Shown here piece after piece: positions 59,028 to 64,000 of a DNA stretch of 64,000 nucleotides; position 1 is the stretch's first letter; every line of letters begins with the position of its first letter. This stretch comes from the human T2T-CHM13v2.0 reference genome, Homo sapiens. Location of the stretch: NCBI RefSeq assembly GCF_009914755.1, contig NC_060932.1; one strand, 5' to 3'. Below the pieces are notes generated by a model. The model had not been told where the DNA came from. It saw nothing but the letters and a program-made list of their open reading frames with translations, and made no database searches. Position numbers and translations under genes: made by a program.

Positions 59028-60327
59028 GTAGGTATTCACTTAACTACCTGCGTTGGGTACCCAGGAAGGATGGTGACAGATTTTTGTGTATGGATGGTTT
59101 TAGATGAATCAGCGTGGTATTAAGGGATGAGATAGATTGGAAAAAGGGACAAACGCGTCTTGGATTGAGATAGCTTTGATGTCTTTGTGAGTGCAGTTTT
59201 TCAGGTAGCGACAAAGGAAACTAATCAAAAAAATACTGGCGTGTGGTGCTTCGTATCTTTCTTCATTTATGTAAAAAGATAGCAGGAGCTGTGAAATGGC
59301 TAGGCATTTCCAGAAAAATGTTGAAAAATCGCGGATGGTCTTTATGTAGAGTGTTTAATGCAATCGGATTACATAAACTGGGGTTCCGACACATTAAATG
59401 ATTAGCATAGCTTTTCTTTTTCATTTACATCAGAAGCTTTGCAAAGCTAAAGGGCTCTGGAGTCGGTGCCTTAATAGCATTTGCTAATTAATTTGGTCCG
59501 TGGGTCTATTGATGGAGTGGAAAAAATGTCTTGGCACAGGCTCTGCTAAGCACATCAGTAAGAATGGACGGCTCTCTTTCCTGTTTCTGGTTGCAGTGCA
59601 TCTTTCTTTATTAGTCATTGGCAAAATCAGCCCAATCTGCCTGGGATGAAGATGCTACATACAACGTGGCTGAGTCTAGATCATGGAATAGGAAATTTTC
59701 CGTGAAAATTGTGATCAAGAATAACTTGCAAATTTGACACTGCTCTGTTTTACCAACAGTTGTACCTGGATGCTGTTCTTATTGCCTGATCAAGAGCCTT
59801 CTACACTAATTTAACAAGCTTGTCAGCAAAAGTTATGATGTAGAGTGTTTTCTTGTTGTTGAATCAGTGGATAATCTGAAGGATATTAAGAGTTTTTCAT
59901 TGCTTACTTATTTATGAAAGCATTTGAAAGTACTTTGACTCCCAAGGGTATCTGATCTGATGGAGAGAATGTATCACTTGTACCGATGCGGATAGAACGC
60001 TCATTAATTACAGCACAGTTTTCATAAATTCCAACTTCCCTAGGAATTTTGTCTTTTGAAGGCATGTTGGAAGTTGGGGCATTAGGATATAATCTCAGTC
60101 CATGTACTAAGCCTCTGCATAACTGAAAGATAGAGTCAATAAAATTCACTCTCTCATTTTTTGTTTTTAATCTCAAGAATTTTTGCCTTGAAGGAAAAAT
60201 GTAGTGGAGAATTTGATGTTTGAACGTAAGTATTGTTAAAAGCACCTGCTGTGTCAATCATTGCTTTTTGTCACTAGATTTCATTCATTTTGCAGTCAAT
60301 TACAAAAGTAGAAAAGATGTCATACCA

Positions 60328-60598
60328 AGCCGGGTGCAGTGGCTCATGCCTGTAATCCCAGCACTTTGGGAGGCTGAGGCGGGTGGATGGCCTGAGGTCA
60401 GGAGTTCGAGACCAACCTGACCAACATGGTGAAACCCCATCTCTACTGAAAATACAGAATTAGCCGGGCAGGAGAATCGCTTGAACCAGGGAGGCGGAGG
60501 TTGCGATGAGCTGAGATCACGCCATTGCACTTCAGCCTGGGCAACAAGAGCAAAATTCCTCCCCCCGCTGCCCTCCCTCCCCCCCCCCGGCAAAAAAA
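60328..60598 (+). mobile_element. AluS in the PDP1 intron, with internal deletion and C-rich tail
   Basis: Alu arms joined at ttagccgggc|aggagaatcg; the tail contains C tracts. Confidence 0.9.
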
Positions 60599-61844
60599 TG
60601 TCGAAGCAAAGGAATTTAAGGAAAGTGCAGGTTTCCAGGACTTGTTATTCCTTAATTAAACAATCAAACCCTGTTATGCATCTATCAACCCTCCCTCCCC
60701 CCCACACAAATAGTATTTTGAGTCAGTTTACGTTCCATACAGGCACATTTTCATTGTTTTTTTCTGTAAGATTCTTAAGTTTTAAAGAAAGAGCAAATGC
60801 AGTCATAAAATTATGAAGAAAAATTCATTAAGATTACATTAGTTTACATTTTTAATGATAGAAAACCTTTATTCAAAGCACAAAATGAGTTGATATGCTT
60901 TCTGCACGCAAACCTAAAAAGAGATATGGTTTAAGTATGGAAGCCACTGTCATGTGGCCCAACATTTGAGCACATCTTCTGGCTCAGTCATGTACACTTA
61001 ACCTCTGGATGACTTTCAGGTATTCAGTTTGAATTTCTTTTATTTAAATGGTTACTCCTGATGGATTCCCGTTTTTCTGGAATTTCTGTTTTTCATTAGT
61101 GCATTTCAGAATGCTTTTTTAGTTACGGATTCTTATTTCCAAAATTTTAGCCATTACTTTCTATTGCCTGATCTTGTCTTCATTTTCGTAAACAAATCCC
61201 TTCTTAGATAGTGCAGTTAAAATGATGGTACTTTCTACTACTTGCAGAAGAGAATCTGTGTGGCTGGCTTATGCAGTGCTTATTACAGAAACAAACAAGA
61301 ATCAGTGATTATTCAGTGTTTAGTTTTCTTTGCTTCCCTCTACCCCAATTTATTACTTTTTCTCAAATTATTCTTCAAAAAAGGTACATGAAAATAATAT
61401 ATGGCTGACACATGCTATGATATTTGTTTAGCCGTGGGAAGGAATAGTTGCTATTAACTCAGATGGTTTTATTTTCTGTGTTCCTTTTTGTTTATTGCAT
61501 TTGTTTATTTAAAGTATTTCCAAAGTGTTTCTTTATAGTACAAATGACTATTTTGAAGCAGTATCTCAAGAATTCAGGGAAAATATATGTTATTGAGGAA
61601 GAAGAGGGATTTTTTTTCTTGCCCAAATTATCTAGATTAATGATATATTCATTAAATTTCCCAAATAAATGCCCAGAAATTATTTTCAGCGCACATAGTG
61701 AGTGATAGGATTTTTTTTAAGTTTGTAATTATATTGCTGTACCTTTTCAATCCAAACCTTAGACTATTATTTGACTATACTGCTTCCCTGGAGCAAGTAA
61801 ATACCTTTTTTTTTTTTTTTTAATGTGAGAGAAAACATTTTTGG

Positions 61845-61978
61845 TCTTTTAAAATTTATTTTTAATTTACAATTGACACATAATATTATATATTTATGGG
61901 GTACAATGTGATGTTTCAGTGCATGTATATATTGGTAGACATTGTGTAATGATCAAATCAGAGTGATTACCATATCCA
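61845..61978 (-). mobile_element. Short L1MA-like 3' end in the PDP1 intron
   Basis: atatttatggggtacaatgtgatgttt...tgtaatgatcaaatcag; flanked by TSD AGAAAACATTTTT. Confidence 0.75.
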
Positions 61979-63097
61979 AGAAAACATTTTTCTAGGGGTT
62001 AATTCTACTTTGGATCCATAGTAGATGAAAATACTTCTATGGGTTTTCCTTATAGCTGCTAAGCAGGGAACATTGTTAGTAGGTAAATTAAGTTCTAGGA
62101 CTGAAACCATTTATGTTACTAACAAAGCTTTAGAGCTACTGCAATACTTAAACTTTTTTTTTTTTTTTAATCATGAAGGGCACGGTAGAATTCAACAGTG
62201 AATAAATGAAACCTGAATTTTATTTAAAAACCTCACTTCCATAAGCATAAAGGCATGAATCCTAGAAGAGCCTTAGATAGCATCTGCTCTGTTGATGTTC
62301 CTTTACAGGTTAGAAGAGTGAGACTCAAAGATGTGAGCTGACTTTTCCAAGATTATTTGGGAGTTGGTGGCAGACCTATGCCCGTTAGCCTGGCAAATTG
62401 CCACAGTGGACTAGAGAAGCAAGTTTTGCAAGACCATCTACTGGGGTACAGGAGAGAAATACTGGAATTTCTTTTTTTATTTAATTATGTAGAAATTTTT
62501 CTATATATGTTACAATGCATATTACTGTAGTCATATATGTATATGATGTACACGTAATTCATAAATACACATATGTTTGGCTGCCTCTTAACATTTTTGG
62601 TCATAGCCATGTGTAATCATGCCAAAAATTGACCACAGGTCTATGTAAAGGGTCTTCATAAATGGAAGAAGTCCCTGTGTAAAATGGGAGATTTCAAGGC
62701 ATTTTTTAAGAATAGGGAGGGAGAAGGATGATTGGTCAGGTAGACGGCTACTGCATAATGTTATATAACCTTCATCTCCTCAGCTTTCCCCAGCCAAATC
62801 TGTTGTACATTCTGCACAGTTTGTACTGCACAAAGGACGACAAAGAAAAGAGAAAATTGAAGTTTGAGTATAGGAGCCAGGAGTTCAGTCGTGGTTCCAC
62901 GAATGATTGGGAGTTGTGCCTGCCAGAATATACCCTGTAGAAATAGTACATGATGTGTGTATAAAATGTAGTACCTTCTAGCAAAGGCTTAACATGTAGA
63001 TTGACTTGCTTAATATTTGTTATAAAGGCAAAGCTAGATTAAGTATCCTGAAATGTAACTCTTTCCTTTGTGTACATCTGTCTAATTTGCTGTCTAG

Positions 63098-63141
63098 GAA
63101 TCCCAGTCAGAAGTTCCAGCCTGCCACTGTTCTCTGATGCC
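63098..63141 (+). other. PDP1: 5' part of the PDP1 main exon (5'UTR, or coding in N-extended isoforms) with splice acceptor
   Basis: tttgctgtctAG|GAATCCCAG acceptor. The 44 nt before the ATG are stop-free in the PDP1 frame: (G)IPVRSSSLPLFSDA. Confidence 0.9.
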
Positions 63142-64000
63142 ATGCCAGCACCAACTCAACTGTTTTTTCCTCTCATCCGTAACTGTGAACTGAGCAGGAT
63201 CTATGGCACTGCATGTTACTGCCACCACAAACATCTCTGTTGTTCCTCATCGTACATTCCTCAGAGTCGACTGAGATACACACCTCATCCAGCATATGCT
63301 ACCTTTTGCAGGCCAAAGGAGAACTGGTGGCAGTACACCCAAGGAAGGAGATATGCTTCCACACCACAGAAATTTTACCTCACACCTCCACAAGTCAATA
63401 GCATCCTTAAAGCTAATGAATACAGTTTCAAAGTGCCAGAATTTGACGGCAAAAATGTCAGTTCTATCCTTGGATTTGACAGCAATCAGCTGCCTGCAAA
63501 TGCACCCATTGAGGACCGGAGAAGTGCAGCAACCTGCTTGCAGACCAGAGGGATGCTTTTGGGGGTTTTTGATGGCCATGCAGGTTGTGCTTGTTCCCAG
63601 GCAGTCAGTGAAAGACTCTTTTATTATATTGCTGTCTCTTTGTTACCCCATGAGACTTTGCTAGAGATTGAAAATGCAGTGGAGAGCGGCCGGGCACTGC
63701 TACCCATTCTCCAGTGGCACAAGCACCCCAATGATTACTTTAGTAAGGAGGCATCCAAATTGTACTTTAACAGCTTGAGGACTTACTGGCAAGAGCTTAT
63801 AGACCTCAACACTGGTGAGTCGACTGATATTGATGTTAAGGAGGCTCTAATTAATGCCTTCAAGAGGCTTGATAATGACATCTCCTTGGAGGCGCAAGTT
63901 GGTGATCCTAATTCTTTTCTCAACTACCTGGTGCTTCGAGTGGCATTTTCTGGAGCCACTGCTTGTGTGGCCCATGTGGATGGTGTTGACCTTCATGTGG
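63142..64000 (+). CDS. PDP1: Pyruvate dehydrogenase phosphatase catalytic subunit 1, mitochondrial (PP2C/PPM family); 5' part of the main coding exon, truncated by the window end
   Basis: Open frame from gccATG at 63142 reads MPAPTQLFFPLIRNCELSRIYGTACYCHHKH...GRRY|ASTPQKFYLTPPQVNSILKANE...PIEDRRS...GVFDGHAG...FSGATACVAHVDGVDLHV. It has the PP2C metal-binding ED and DGH motifs and matches the recalled human PDP1 protein. The transit peptide is about 71 aa (mature Ala at 63355). It is missing from the ORF track, presumably because no stop lies in the window. Confidence 0.98.
   Translation, partial: MPAPTQLFFPLIRNCELSRIYGTACYCHHKHLCCSSSYIPQSRLRYTPHPAYATFCRPKENWWQYTQGRRYASTPQKFYLTPPQVNSILKANEYSFKVPEFDGKNVSSILGFDSNQLPANAPIEDRRSAATCLQTRGMLLGVFDGHAGCACSQAVSERLFYYIAVSLLPHETLLEIENAVESGRALLPILQWHKHPNDYFSKEASKLYFNSLRTYWQELIDLNTGESTDIDVKEALINAFKRLDNDISLEAQVGDPNSFLNYLVLRVAFSGATACVAHVDGVDLHV

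Larger units (their letters stand above)
57420..59030. promoter_or_regulatory. CpG island, TATA-less promoter of PDP1
   Basis: Abrupt rise in GC and CpG density relative to the CpG-depleted flanks, with many GGGCGG boxes. Confidence 0.95.

Noticed and set aside
57701-59039. Long - strand ORFs (270 aa, 215 aa) and other CpG-island ORFs
   Set aside because: Pro/Arg/Gly/Ala-rich products are expected from stop-poor GC-rich DNA; no recognisable domain.
63213-63664. ORFs 63213-63401, 63296-63664 (+) and 63247-63579 (-)
   Set aside because: Shadow frames of the true PDP1 CDS.

Overview
Human (or near-identical great-ape) genomic DNA: about 57 kb of repeat-rich non-coding sequence, then the CpG-island promoter, alternative 5' exons and the first 286 codons of PDP1 (mitochondrial pyruvate dehydrogenase phosphatase catalytic subunit 1, PP2C family; + strand from 63142, running off the window). 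A MIR-derived miR-378d-2 hairpin lies antisense about 0.8 kb upstream of the promoter. The rest is roughly 35 Alus, L1/L2/L3/MIR fragments, MaLR LTRs, DNA transposons and a dense cluster of primate ERV solo LTRs with readable target-site duplications (TSDs). Almost all listed ORFs are repeat- or GC-derived noise. Most notable: (i) a MER41 LTR with intact tandem STAT1 GAS motifs nested, with MER9, inside an LTR8; (ii) two multi-step templated insertions, each copied from about 2 kb upstream; (iii) a + strand site that pairs over the full length of miR-378a-3p just upstream of PDP1; (iv) a Cys-rich in-frame N-terminal extension and an overlapping uORF of PDP1. No wholly new multi-gene system is demonstrable from the sequence. 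Repeat subfamily names come from recalled consensus sequences, not from a search.
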